NCBI GenBank assembly: GCA_965205505.1
Contig: CBDBHB010000006.1
Location: forward strand, 96,001-160,000
DNA length: 64,000 nucleotides
Direction: 5' to 3'
DNA from: Acidobacteriota bacterium
GTDB taxonomy: Bacteria > Acidobacteriota > UBA890 > WLXD01
Under the pieces are notes generated by a model, which was given only the letters and a program-made list of their open reading frames with translations, was not told where the DNA came from and made no database searches. Positions 1 to 9,030 of the stretch are shown here, piece after piece. The translations under genes were made by a program, and so were the position numbers. How positions within the stretch are numbered: the first letter of the stretch is position 1; each line of letters opens with the position of its first letter.

Positions 1-1008
1 GATGGTGTCCTCGACGGCGCGGCGCTGGCGTCCGTCCTTGAGCCAGACGCGCAGCTCGAGGTCAACCGACGAGGCGCCGAAGGCACGCAGGATGCACACT
101 GACTTCGGCGATTTCTCTACCTGCTCATTGTCGGCCGCGACCTCGAGGCACAGTTTCTTCGCTTCCTCGACATCGGCGTCGTAGCCGATACCTATGGGGA
201 TGCGCAGGCGGATCGTCGGGCCCGAGGCGGTGTAGTTGATGATGTCGCGCTGCATGATCTGGTTGTTCGGAATGATGATCAGGATATTGTCCGGTGTGCG
301 TATCTTCGTGGCGCGGATTCCGATCTCGGTAACATCGCCCCACGTCGACTGACGGGCCGGCGCGCTCCACAGCTCGATGCGATCGCCGACCTCGAAGGGG
401 CGGTCCAGAATCAACAGCACGCCGGCGATGAGGTTGGATAGCGTGTCCTTGGCTGCGAACGAGATCGCCACCCCGGCGATGCTCGCCCCGGCCAGTAGGG
501 GCGTTATGTCGATGTTCATGTTGAAGAGCGCCAACAGCGCTGCCGTGCCGACGATGACCCCGGTGATAGTCCGGTTGATCCACGGTAGTGCGGTATCGTC
601 GAGCTTGGTTCCGGTCTTCGCCAGGTTGGTCTCGAGGACTTTGATGAGGGCGCCGGCCGCACGACTTATCGGCAAGCTGAGGCCGACGATCCAGGCTCCG
701 CCGACAACGGCGGCCATCGTCGGGAGGTTCCAGATCAGCGCCACTCGCCATACGGCCCAGAAGCCGACAGACATCAGCACCAGCCGGCGTACGAGCTCCA
801 CGACGATGTCGTCCAGAGTGGTCTCGGTGCGCGATGCAAAGCGTGACTCGAGTCGTCGCAGGAGCCAGCGTGCCAGGTAGTACACGATCCCCGCGGCAAG
901 CAGCTGCAGGCCGCTCTGGATCAAGCGCGGTAGCAGGAACTGGATGGTTGCGTCGAGCCATGCTCGGTAGTCGATGCTCGAGAAGTCGAAACCTAGAAAG
1001 TCGCTCAT
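1..1008 (-). CDS. mscS: Small-conductance mechanosensitive channel (3' end runs off the window)
   Basis: Manual translation from ATG 1008 (frame absent from the ORF track): ...LLAGASIAGVAISFAAKDTLSNLIAGVLLILDRPFEVGDRIE...GDVTEIGIRATKIRTPDNILIIIPNN...IGIGYDAD, the MscS signature. Confidence 0.92.
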   Translation of the reverse strand, partial: MSDFLGFDFSSIDYRAWLDATIQFLLPRLIQSGLQLLAAGIVYYLARWLLRRLESRFASRTETTLDDIVVELVRRLVLMSVGFWAVWRVALIWNLPTMAAVVGGAWIVGLSLPISRAAGALIKVLETNLAKTGTKLDDTALPWINRTITGVIVGTAALLALFNMNIDITPLLAGASIAGVAISFAAKDTLSNLIAGVLLILDRPFEVGDRIELWSAPARQSTWGDVTEIGIRATKIRTPDNILIIIPNNQIMQRDIINYTASGPTIRLRIPIGIGYDADVEEAKKLCLEVAADNEQVEKSPKSVCILRAFGASSVDLELRVWLKDGRQRRAVEDTI

Positions 1009-1114
1009 CGGTCCCACCGGCAGAGAATGTTTGCGAGTGTCGCGCAACGTTGCCGCATCGCCCCCCCCCACACAAGTGGCTGCAGGCTCGCCTCGCATCA
1101 CCCAATCTGTTTCG

Positions 1115-1753
1115 ATGACCACGCCCGCTCGGCTCCGCGCCGCGGAGACCCACCTGAGTCGCGTCGATCCGGTAATGCGCTCTGTCATCGGGGAGATCGG
1201 CCCATGTGGCCTCGAACGCTACTGGCGCCGGCGAGCGTTGCCGGCGCTGTTCCAGACGATCATCGGCCAGCAGATCTCGGTACACGCGGCACGTAGCATC
1301 CACGGCCGGTTCCGCGCCCTGTACGGCGGCCGCGATCCTTCCGCTCGACAGCTGTTGTCGACCTCCGAGAAGGATCTGCGAGCGGCCGGCCTTTCGCGTG
1401 GGAAGGTCGCCTATCTGCGCGACCTTGCTTGCCGGGTGTCGCGTCGACAGCTCAGCCTGCCCTCTCTGGAGCGCCTCCCGGACGAGGAGGTGATTGACAC
1501 GCTCATGCAGGTCAAGGGGGTCGGTCGCTGGACCGCGGAGGTGTTCATGATCTTCCGACTCGGACGGTTGGATATGCTTCCGGTCGACGACATCGGGCTG
1601 CTCGACGGCGCCCAGGTACTGTACGGTTTGCCGCAGCGTCCACAGGGAGACGAGCTGCGCAAGATCTCCGAGCCCTGGCGCCCCTATCGTTCGGTAGGAT
1701 GTTGGTTCCTGTGGCAAGGTCGTCGGCGGGCCAGAGGGATGGAGCTTCGATGA
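1115..1753 (+). CDS. alkA: DNA-3-methyladenine glycosylase II (AlkA/HhH-GPD family)
   Basis: IIGQQIS, LRAAGLSRGK, HhH VKGVGRWTAE, PVDDIG, WRPYRS motifs. Confidence 0.9.
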   Translation: MTTPARLRAAETHLSRVDPVMRSVIGEIGPCGLERYWRRRALPALFQTIIGQQISVHAARSIHGRFRALYGGRDPSARQLLSTSEKDLRAAGLSRGKVAYLRDLACRVSRRQLSLPSLERLPDEEVIDTLMQVKGVGRWTAEVFMIFRLGRLDMLPVDDIGLLDGAQVLYGLPQRPQGDELRKISEPWRPYRSVGCWFLWQGRRRARGMELR

Positions 1754-2892
1754 CGCTCATCGGTGCGACGGGCCCGACGTGTGCTTCAATCCGGTCGGTC
1801 GAGCTATCGCCCCGGCGCCGGGATGCTTGGCCGCGTTCGTTCGTGGTCGCCATTGTGGTCCCCATCCTGGCGTTGGTTACCTCACCTGCCGATCGGACGG
1901 CCGCCGAGGCGGTGGCAGCGTCGAGTCGCGGCGTGCCGCAACGGCTGCCGCTTTCGGTCGACAGCTGGGGGTATCAGCTCCAGGAGTTCGACCTGCCGGC
2001 GCTCGCCGCGTCGGCCTTCGGCGCCCTTGTCATCGACTATTCGACCACCGGCGACGCATCAGGCGAGCTGACCGCCGCACAGGTCAATGCGCTGCGCGCC
2101 GGACCCTGCGGCCAACGAGCGGTGCTCGCCTACCTGAGCATTGGCGAGGCCGAGAGCTACAGGTACTACTTCGATGCGGCCTGGCTCGACGCTGTCGGGG
2201 ATCCTGGCGCCGGCGCGCCGGCGTTTCTCGGTCCCACAAATCCCGACTGGGAGGACAACTACAAGGCGCGCTACTGGTTGCGCGCCTGGCAGCGGGTGCT
2301 GTTCGGCAACGCTTCGGGGCCCGACAGGAGCTACGTCGACCGCATTATCGACGTCGGATTCGACGGTGTATACCTGGACATCGTCGATGCCTACGAGTTC
2401 TGGGGTCCTTCGGAGATCGGTGGCAACGACGAGCGCCGCCGCGCCCCGGCCGACATGATCAAGCTGGTGCGCCGACTGGCCAAGTACGCGCGCAAGACCC
2501 GTGGATTATCCGGTTTCTTGGTGGTGCCGCAGAACGGTGCGGGCATTATCGATTCCGAGACTTATCCCGACGCCGACAACCCGGACAACGAAGCCGCGCG
2601 TCAGCGGCGAGCGTACTTCAAGGCGATCGACGCTATTGGTGCCGAGGACACCTTCTACTTCGGCGCCCGGGATGAGAACAATGGTCTTCACCTGCAGCGG
2701 TTCACGATCGAGCTACTCGACGTGTTCGCCGCCGCTGGGAAGTCGGTGCTGGCGATCGACTACCTCACGCAGCGCGGCAAGATCGATCGTTTCTGGGAGC
2801 TGGCGTCGGAGCGCGGCTACGTCCCGTACGTCTCGCGGCGGGAGCTCGACAGGCTATCGATTCCCGCCGGCCACGCCCCGGCGTGCGACTGA
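1750..2892 (+). CDS. Secreted endo-alpha-1,4-polygalactosaminidase-like glycoside hydrolase (GH114/TM1410-like)
   Basis: WGYQLQ, AYLSIGEAESYRYY, GFDGVYLDIVDAY, VVPQNG motifs and an N-terminal hydrophobic segment. ATGA overlap with alkA; start uncertain. Confidence 0.75.
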   Translation: MTLIGATGPTCASIRSVELSPRRRDAWPRSFVVAIVVPILALVTSPADRTAAEAVAASSRGVPQRLPLSVDSWGYQLQEFDLPALAASAFGALVIDYSTTGDASGELTAAQVNALRAGPCGQRAVLAYLSIGEAESYRYYFDAAWLDAVGDPGAGAPAFLGPTNPDWEDNYKARYWLRAWQRVLFGNASGPDRSYVDRIIDVGFDGVYLDIVDAYEFWGPSEIGGNDERRRAPADMIKLVRRLAKYARKTRGLSGFLVVPQNGAGIIDSETYPDADNPDNEAARQRRAYFKAIDAIGAEDTFYFGARDENNGLHLQRFTIELLDVFAAAGKSVLAIDYLTQRGKIDRFWELASERGYVPYVSRRELDRLSIPAGHAPACD

Positions 2893-2947
2893 TGGGGGCC
2901 GCCTACCCGGCTCGTGTCGGGCTCGCGTTGGCCCACCGGCGCCTCTC

Positions 2948-3682
2948 ATGAGCGCCGCCGCTTGGACGGCGCTCGATCGGGAGATCGTTGACTGTCGCCT
3001 TTGCCCGCGGCTCGTCGAGCACCGCGAGCGCATGGCACGCGATAAGCGCGCCGCCTACCGCGACCAGGAGTACTGGGGACGCCCGGTTACCGGATTCGGC
3101 GACCGGCGAGCGCGGCTGGTGCTCGTCGGTTTGGCGCCCGGAGCGCACGGCTCGAACCGTACCGGCCGGATGTTCACCGGCGACCGATCTGGCGACTGGC
3201 TATTCCGGGCCCTGTACGAGACCGGGTTCGCGAGCCAGCCCGACGCCAGCCACCAGAACGACGGGTTGACACTCCACGACGCGTTCATCACCGCCGCCAA
3301 CCGCTGCGCCCCGCCCGGAAACAAGCCCACGCCAGCCGAGCGGGAGGCGTGCCGCCCATTTCTGGAGCGCGAGCTCGATCTGCTCGACGCCGCACGCGGA
3401 GTCGAGGTCATCGTGGCACTGGGCCAGTTCGCCTACGACCATTCGCTGCGGCTGCTACGCGAGCGCGGCGCCCTGGTACAGCGGCCCAAGCCGAAGTTCG
3501 GGCACGGACGCACTACCGTGGTCGGTGCCGCGAGCCTTGCCGGGCGCTTCCCACGCGGCGCCGTGGAGGTGATCGCTTCGTATCATCCCAGCCAGCAGAA
3601 TACCTTCACCGGCAAGCTGACGCTCGAGATGCTGGTCGAGGTATTCGAGAGGGCGCGCAACGCCATCGAGGCGGCTCGCTAA
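2948..3682 (+). CDS. udgB: Uracil-DNA glycosylase family 5 (UdgB-like, Fe-S)
   Basis: CRLCPRL, GLAPGAHGSNRTGRMFTGD, RCAPPGNKP, YHPSQQNT. Confidence 0.88.
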   Translation: MSAAAWTALDREIVDCRLCPRLVEHRERMARDKRAAYRDQEYWGRPVTGFGDRRARLVLVGLAPGAHGSNRTGRMFTGDRSGDWLFRALYETGFASQPDASHQNDGLTLHDAFITAANRCAPPGNKPTPAEREACRPFLERELDLLDAARGVEVIVALGQFAYDHSLRLLRERGALVQRPKPKFGHGRTTVVGAASLAGRFPRGAVEVIASYHPSQQNTFTGKLTLEMLVEVFERARNAIEAAR

Positions 3683-3711
3683 CAGGCCACGCTTCCACCA
3701 CCGCCTGCTGG
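3679..3711. repeat. Short palindromic repeat, type A (ctaacaggcc...ttccaccaccgcctgctgg)
   Basis: Similar copies at 7317-7353 and 26948-26984. Begins at the UDG stop codon. Confidence 0.7.
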
Positions 3712-3731
3712 TGTCCTGACTCAGGACACTA
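3711..3731. repeat. Collapsed MITE remnant: palindrome GTGTCCTGA-C-TCAGGACAC + TA
   Basis: On the - strand reads TAGTGTCCTGAGTCAGGA, identical to the right terminus of the 8759-9030 element. Its TAG is the lepA stop. Confidence 0.75.
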
Positions 3732-5540
3732 TCTCGAGTCCTCGTCGGTCCGCAGGACCGAGAGGAACGCTGCTTGTGGGATCTCCACCTGCCCGAACAT
3801 TCGTGCCCGTTTCTTGCCTGCTTTTTGCCGCTCGAGCAGCTTTCGTTTGCGGGTGATGTCGCCGCCGTAGCACTTGGCGGTGACGTCCTTGCGGAAGGCG
3901 TTGATGTTCTTGCGGGCGATGATGTCCCGCCCGATGGTGCCTTGGATGGGGATCTTGAAGTTGTGGCGCGGGATCGTCTTCGACAGCTGTTCACAGGCGT
4001 GCAGGGCACGAGCCCGCGCTTTCTCGCGGTGCACCAGCATACTGAGCGCGTCGACGCGTTCGGCGTTCACCAGAATGTCCACTTTCACCAGATCGGTCTG
4101 CCGGTAGTCCGTGACCTCGTAGTCGAACGAGCCGTAGCCCTGGGTCATGGACTTCAGTCGATCGTAGAAGTCGAACAGCACCTCGGCGAGCGGAAGGTCA
4201 GCTGTAACATCGACGCGCCCCACCGCCAGATAGTCGAACTTGATGTTCTCGCCTCGTCTGTCCCGAAGTAGGTCCATGACCGGCCCAAGATAGCGGTCGG
4301 GCATGAGGATGGACGCTTTGATAAACGGCTCCTCGACCCGCTCGATCAGCGACGGGTCGGGATAGTCAGCCGGGTTCTCGATTGCTGTCTGTTCACCGGC
4401 CGCGGTGGTGACGTGGTACTCCACCGACGGCGCGGTCAGCAGCAGCGACAGCCCGTACTCTCGAGTTAGCCGCTCCTGCACGATCTCCAGGTGGAGCATG
4501 CCGAGAAACCCGCATCGATAGCCGAACCCGAGCGCATTCGAGGAGTCCTTCTGGAAGGTGAGAGCGGCGTCATTGAGCTTGAGCTTGTCGATTGCCTTGC
4601 TGAGGTCCTCGTACTCGTCGGCCTGCATCGGATACATCGATGAAAACACCACCGGCTTGGCAGGCACGTAGCCGAGCAGCGACTCGTCGGCCGGGTTGTC
4701 CACATGGGTCAAGGTGTCGCCGACCTCGATGTCGCTGACCGACTTCACCCCCGCGATGATGTAGCCTACGTCGCCGGCGGCCAGCTGTTCGCCCTTCACG
4801 CGGCCCAGCTTCAGCAGCCCGATCTCCTCGATCTCGTAGTTGGCTTCACCGTGCATCAGACGAACTCGATCGCCGGGGCGGAGCGTTCCGTCGAAGACGC
4901 GCGCCAGCATGATCACTCCGCGGTAGGCGTCATAGGAGGCGTCGAATATAAGAGCCTTCAGCGGTGCCTCCGTATCGCCGGTGGGAGGCGGTAGCTTCTG
5001 CACGATGGCCTCGAGCACGTCGTGGATACCGAGTCCCTCCTTGGCCGATGTGAGAACCGCCTCGAACGGATCGAGGCCGAGGTCTTCGTCGATCTGCTCG
5101 CGCACGCGCTCTGGATCGGCCGCCGGCAGGTCGATCTTGTTGATCACCGGCACGATCTCCAGATCGTGCTCGAGCGCCAGGTAGAGGTTGGCGACGGTCT
5201 GCGCTTCGACCCCCTGGGCAGCGTCGATCAGCAGTAGTGCCCCCTCGCAAGACATCAGCGAGCGCCGGACCTCGTGCGAGAAGTCGACGTGCCCGGGCGT
5301 ATCGATCAGGTTGAGCTCGTACGTCGTCCCGTCGTCGGCGGCGTAGGAAAGCGTGATGGTGTTGCTCTTGATGGTGATGCCGCGCTCTTGCTCGATGTCC
5401 ATGGTGTCGAGCATTTGGTCGTGGAACTCGCGCTCCGACACCGCGCCGCAGGCCTGCAACAGTCGATCGGCAAGAGTCGACTTGCCGTGATCGACATGGG
5501 CGATGATACAGAAATCACGGATGTGCGAGAGGTCGGTCAT
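3729..5540 (-). CDS. lepA: Elongation factor 4 (LepA)
   Basis: [31 protein letters not shown]-terminal KCYGGDITRKRKLLE. Confidence 0.98.
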   Translation of the reverse strand: MTDLSHIRDFCIIAHVDHGKSTLADRLLQACGAVSEREFHDQMLDTMDIEQERGITIKSNTITLSYAADDGTTYELNLIDTPGHVDFSHEVRRSLMSCEGALLLIDAAQGVEAQTVANLYLALEHDLEIVPVINKIDLPAADPERVREQIDEDLGLDPFEAVLTSAKEGLGIHDVLEAIVQKLPPPTGDTEAPLKALIFDASYDAYRGVIMLARVFDGTLRPGDRVRLMHGEANYEIEEIGLLKLGRVKGEQLAAGDVGYIIAGVKSVSDIEVGDTLTHVDNPADESLLGYVPAKPVVFSSMYPMQADEYEDLSKAIDKLKLNDAALTFQKDSSNALGFGYRCGFLGMLHLEIVQERLTREYGLSLLLTAPSVEYHVTTAAGEQTAIENPADYPDPSLIERVEEPFIKASILMPDRYLGPVMDLLRDRRGENIKFDYLAVGRVDVTADLPLAEVLFDFYDRLKSMTQGYGSFDYEVTDYRQTDLVKVDILVNAERVDALSMLVHREKARARALHACEQLSKTIPRHNFKIPIQGTIGRDIIARKNINAFRKDVTAKCYGGDITRKRKLLERQKAGKKRARMFGQVEIPQAAFLSVLRTDEDSR

Positions 5541-5634
5541 CGGTGGTTGGATTGTACCGGGGTTGAACTGTGCCGGTCGTCGGGCGCATATTGAACAGGG
5601 CTACGAATTGCTGCCCCACCGAGGAGAGGCCATC

Positions 5635-5883
5635 GTGAACATCGGTCGCAACGAACCCTGCCCATGCGGCAGCGGTGAGAAATACAAGAGGTGCTGCGAA
5701 GGCAAGGCAACACAGGGTCAGAAGCTATGGCGCGGCCTCGCCGTGCTCATCGCCCTGATCGTCATCCTGGTAACCGTGGGTATCATCCGCGGAGGCTCCC
5801 AGGCCGAGGACGTGCCGCCCGGGCGAGTTTGGTCGCCGGAGCACGGCCACTGGCATGACGCCACGGGTACAGGGACCCAGTAG
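5635..5883 (+). CDS. Small SEC-C motif membrane protein
   Basis: IGRNEPCPCGSGEKYKRCC, one TM helix, WSPEHGHWH tail. GGAGAGG RBS before GTG. Confidence 0.8.
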   Translation: MNIGRNEPCPCGSGEKYKRCCEGKATQGQKLWRGLAVLIALIVILVTVGIIRGGSQAEDVPPGRVWSPEHGHWHDATGTGTQ

Positions 5884-6009
5884 CAGAGATGCAAAATCGG
5901 TCTCGGTAACCAGCTCGCCTTGCGCCGCCTCAGCGGCCGAGCCGCTGCCTCGCCGGCGATCTCGACACACGATGGTTGGTCGAGGCCCTGTCGGTGGTAA
6001 ATTGCCGGC

Positions 6010-6189
6010 ATGAGCAAGAAAACCACAATTCTGGCGGGGCTTGCTGCCACTCTCGGCTCTGTTGTCATCGCGGGTAGCGTCTTCGCCTCGTCGTCGGCCC
6101 AGACGTCGTTCCACGTCTTGTTCAACGCCCTGTTGGCGGGCGACATCGAGGTCGATGTCGAGGGCGCGCGCGCCTCATCCACCAGATGA
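6010..6189 (+). pseudogene. 59-aa signal-peptide ORF, probable truncated N-terminus of a secreted (CHRD-like) protein
   Basis: MSKKTTILAGLAATLGSVVIAGSVFASSSAQTSFHVLFNALLAGDIEVDVEGARASSTR*. The stop overlaps the rsgA ATG. Confidence 0.45.
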
Positions 6190-7274
6190 GCGCCGGAGCC
6201 GAGCCGATCTCGGTTGGTCGGTTACAGGACTGGGGTTGGAGCGACGAGGTTTCCGCCGGCCTCGGGGAGGACGAAAAGCGGCCCCCGGCTCGGGTGATCG
6301 CCCAGCACCGCGGCGAGTACCGACTCATTGCCCCCTGGGGCGAGGCGACCGGTGTGGCGCCCGGACGCATGCTCTACCGTGCCACCGGCCGCCGCGAGCT
6401 GCCCGCCGTCGGTGACTTCGTGTTGATCGACCCTCAGACCGATGGTCCGGCGACGATCGTCGAGATCCTGCCGCGCAGGACGCAGTTCGTCCGTCGCAAG
6501 TCAGGCACCGAAAGCCAGGAGCAGGTCGTGGCGGCGAACGTCGACGTCGCTTTCCTCCTGACCTCGTTGAACCAGGAGCTCAACCCGCGACGCGTCGAAC
6601 GCTACCTCGTTGCGGCCCGGGAGAGCGGCGCACGGCCGGTGGTCGTGTTAACCAAGCTGGATCAGTGCGACGATATCGAGGCCGCGTTAGCGTGGGTCGG
6701 TCCAGCGACGGCCGGTGCCCCGGTGGTGGCGGTGAGCTCAGTGACCGGAGAGGGCATTGACGAGCTGCGTCGCCACCTGCGCCCCGGATGCACGGTGGTG
6801 TTGCTGGGCTCGTCGGGGGTCGGCAAGTCCACGCTGGTGAACACCCTCGCCGGCGAGGAGCTGCTGCGCACCCAGGAGATTCGCGAGGCCGACGACAAGG
6901 GCCGCCACACCACCACCCACCGCGAGATCTTCCGTATGCCCGACGGCGTACTGGTGCTCGATACGCCCGGGATGCGTGAGCTCGGCCTGGTCGAGGCCGA
7001 GGATGGCCTCGAGGAGACCTTCGACGACGTGGCGGCAATCATCGATGGCTGCCGTTTCCGCGATTGCACCCACGCCGACGAGCCCGGTTGTGCGATCCGC
7101 GAGGCCGTCGGGTCAGGCGTCATATCGATGCAACGATGGGATAGCTACCAGAAGCTGCAAAAGGAGCTTTCCTACGAGGAGCGACGTCGCGACCTCGGCG
7201 CGGCGCTGGCCGAAAAGAGCAAGTGGAGGCAGATCCAGCGCGACTATCGCAAGCGTCCCAAGAAGGGCCGCTGA
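6186..7274 (+). CDS. rsgA: Ribosome small subunit-dependent GTPase A
   Basis: AVGDFV, AANVD, TKLD, GSSGVGKST, GRHTTT, DTPGMRE, CRFRDCTH..EPGC. Confidence 0.96.
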   Translation: MSAGAEPISVGRLQDWGWSDEVSAGLGEDEKRPPARVIAQHRGEYRLIAPWGEATGVAPGRMLYRATGRRELPAVGDFVLIDPQTDGPATIVEILPRRTQFVRRKSGTESQEQVVAANVDVAFLLTSLNQELNPRRVERYLVAARESGARPVVVLTKLDQCDDIEAALAWVGPATAGAPVVAVSSVTGEGIDELRRHLRPGCTVVLLGSSGVGKSTLVNTLAGEELLRTQEIREADDKGRHTTTHREIFRMPDGVLVLDTPGMRELGLVEAEDGLEETFDDVAAIIDGCRFRDCTHADEPGCAIREAVGSGVISMQRWDSYQKLQKELSYEERRRDLGAALAEKSKWRQIQRDYRKRPKKGR

Positions 7275-7316
7275 ACGTCGCGCCGGTTCCGTCGGTTCAG
7301 CGGGCGCGACGCGCCG

Positions 7317-7353
7317 TAAGCAGGCCCGCCGCACTTCCACCACGGCCTGCTAG
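7317..7353. repeat. Short palindromic repeat, type A
   Basis: taagcaggcccgccgcacttccaccacggcctgctag, near-identical to 26948-26984. Confidence 0.8.
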
Positions 7354-7450
7354 AGGAGATGAGAAGGCCAACCTCCTGAACGCAGTAGCCTGACGGCTCT
7401 GCAAACGTTTCTTCAAACGTAACGGGCTCGAAGCCCAAGGAGGTTGGCCG

Positions 7451-8497
7451 ATGACAAGTGTAACGATTGGACTGGACGTAAGCGACCGGTACAGCCGTAT
7501 GTGCGTGCTCGACAGTAAGGGCAGGGTGATGGAGGAAGGGCGGGTGAGGACGAGCCCGGAGGGGCTGGCGAGGCGGTTCGGGTGCGAGGAGCCCGCTCGA
7601 GTAGTGCTGGAGGTTGGAACGCACTCGCCGTGGATGAGTGAGCAGTTGAAGCAACTGGGTCATGAGGTGCTGGTGGCTAACCCGAGGCGGCTGAAGCTGA
7701 TCTATGGCGAGCACGACAAGACCGACCGGTTGGATGCCGAGCACCTGGCACGAGTGGGCAGAATGGACCCAAAGCTGCTTAAGACGGTGCAGCATCGAGG
7801 CAGACAAGCGCGAGCGGATCTAGCCGTGATTCGGAGCCGAGATGCTCTGGTAAAGAGCTGCACGCAGTTGGTGAGCCATGTGCGTGGTGCGGTCAAGTCG
7901 GCCGGTTGTCGTATTCCCAGGTGCTCGACGCCGGCGTTCGCGCGCACCGCGCCAGAGCACATACCGGAGCGGCTCAAGGGAGCGCTCGAGCCGGTGCTTG
8001 AAACGATCGCCATGCTGACGGGCAACATCCAGCAATACGAGCGTCAGATCGTGCAGCTGTGCCAGGGGCGATACCCGGAGACACAGCAGCTCCAGCAAGT
8101 GGCCGGGGTCGGAGCTCTGACCGCACTGGCATATGTGCTGACGCTCGAGGAGCCGGAGCGGTTCAATACCTCCAGAGCCGTGGGCCCGTACCTGGGGCTG
8201 AGACCGAAGAAACGGCAGTCGGGGGACAAGGACCCTGCGCTACGAATAACCAAGGCGGGCGACAAAATGCTCCGACGCCTGTTGGTGGGCTCGGCGCATT
8301 ACATCCTGGGCCCCTTCGGGCCCGATACTGAGCTCAGACGCTGGGGGCTCAAGCTGGCCGGACGCGGTGGTCCTCATGGCAACAAAAAGGCAGCAGTTGC
8401 TGTCGCCCGTAAGCTCGCCGTTGTGCTGCACCGACTGTGGCTGAGTGGAGACGAGTACGAACCGTTGCGCGCACCTGTAGAGGTTTCAGCAGCATGA
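7451..8497 (+). CDS. IS110-family (DEDD) transposase/recombinase
   Basis: IGLDVS, VVLEVG, KTDRLDA (D-E-D-D), GVGALTA, GLRPKKRQSG (catalytic Ser motif), AVARKL. AGGAGG RBS. Confidence 0.96.
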   Translation: MTSVTIGLDVSDRYSRMCVLDSKGRVMEEGRVRTSPEGLARRFGCEEPARVVLEVGTHSPWMSEQLKQLGHEVLVANPRRLKLIYGEHDKTDRLDAEHLARVGRMDPKLLKTVQHRGRQARADLAVIRSRDALVKSCTQLVSHVRGAVKSAGCRIPRCSTPAFARTAPEHIPERLKGALEPVLETIAMLTGNIQQYERQIVQLCQGRYPETQQLQQVAGVGALTALAYVLTLEEPERFNTSRAVGPYLGLRPKKRQSGDKDPALRITKAGDKMLRRLLVGSAHYILGPFGPDTELRRWGLKLAGRGGPHGNKKAAVAVARKLAVVLHRLWLSGDEYEPLRAPVEVSAA

Positions 8498-8499
8498 AC

Positions 8500-8745
8500 T
8501 AACCCGCAACCAGGAGGTCGGTAGGGCGACGCGACCCAACGGTTATCGATCTGACCGCCCGGTCCGGGCGACTGCGAAGGTCACTACGAGCTTCGAGCTC
8601 GGCAGCTAGATTGCAGCGCCTCGAATCGGGACGGACCCCAGAATGCACCGGACGACCTGAATCCTCGTCCACCAGAGTGCGAATAGGAGCATGGCGTGCA
8701 GATCGATTCTTCGCTGGCCACCACATTGCCCTTGACCGAACTAGG
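8500..8745 (+). ncRNA. Predicted bridge RNA / seekRNA of the IS1111 element
   Basis: Stem CTGCGA(8572-77)/TTGCAG(8611-16) encloses guide loops AGGTCACTA (8578-86) and GCTAG (8605-09) around hairpin CGAGCT-TCG-AGCTCG. The guides match the reconstructed target. Boundaries are approximate. Confidence 0.75.
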
Positions 8746-8758
8746 CCTTCTCATAGAA

Positions 8759-9030
8759 GTGGCCTGAGTCAGGAATCCGTTGCATATTGTGGCGAGCGCG
8801 ACCGAGCCGGATCCCAGGAGGCGCGACGACAGCGATGCAATGAGCATCGTCGAGGAGCGCCGACGCCGGAGGCGGCCGGTCCCGCCACCACCCGGAAGGC
8901 TGGGCCGAGATAGGGGCAATCTCGGCGTTGCGATTCGTCGACGATCGGCGAGGATCGCCATTCTCATCGCGCCTTGAGCTTGCCCCTATCTCGGCCCAGC
9001 AATATGCAACGGATTCCTGACTCAGGACAC
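8759..9030. mobile_element. 272-bp MITE-like element (copy A)
   Basis: TIRs GTG(G/T)CCTGAGTCAGGAATCCGTTGCATATTG. Internal 21-bp perfect IR 8899-8919/8980-9000. TA at 9031-32. Confidence 0.85.

Larger units (their letters stand above)
7354..8759 (+). mobile_element. IS110-family insertion sequence, IS1111 subgroup
   Basis: Sub-terminal IRs ATGAGAAGGCC (7359-7369) / GGCCTTCTCAT (8744-8754). AG core on both sides (7352-53, 8758-59). Transposase followed by a ~260-bp 3' non-coding region. Confidence 0.92.

Noticed and set aside
1062-1069. C-run here and G-run at 49971-49979 as phase-variation tracts
   Set aside because: Both are intergenic and short for a GC-rich genome, with no supporting context.
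125-1717. 530-aa minus-strand ORF, and the many other long antisense or alternate-frame ORFs in the track
   Set aside because: These are shadow ORFs of GC-rich coding DNA. The true genes here are mscS (another frame) and alkA.
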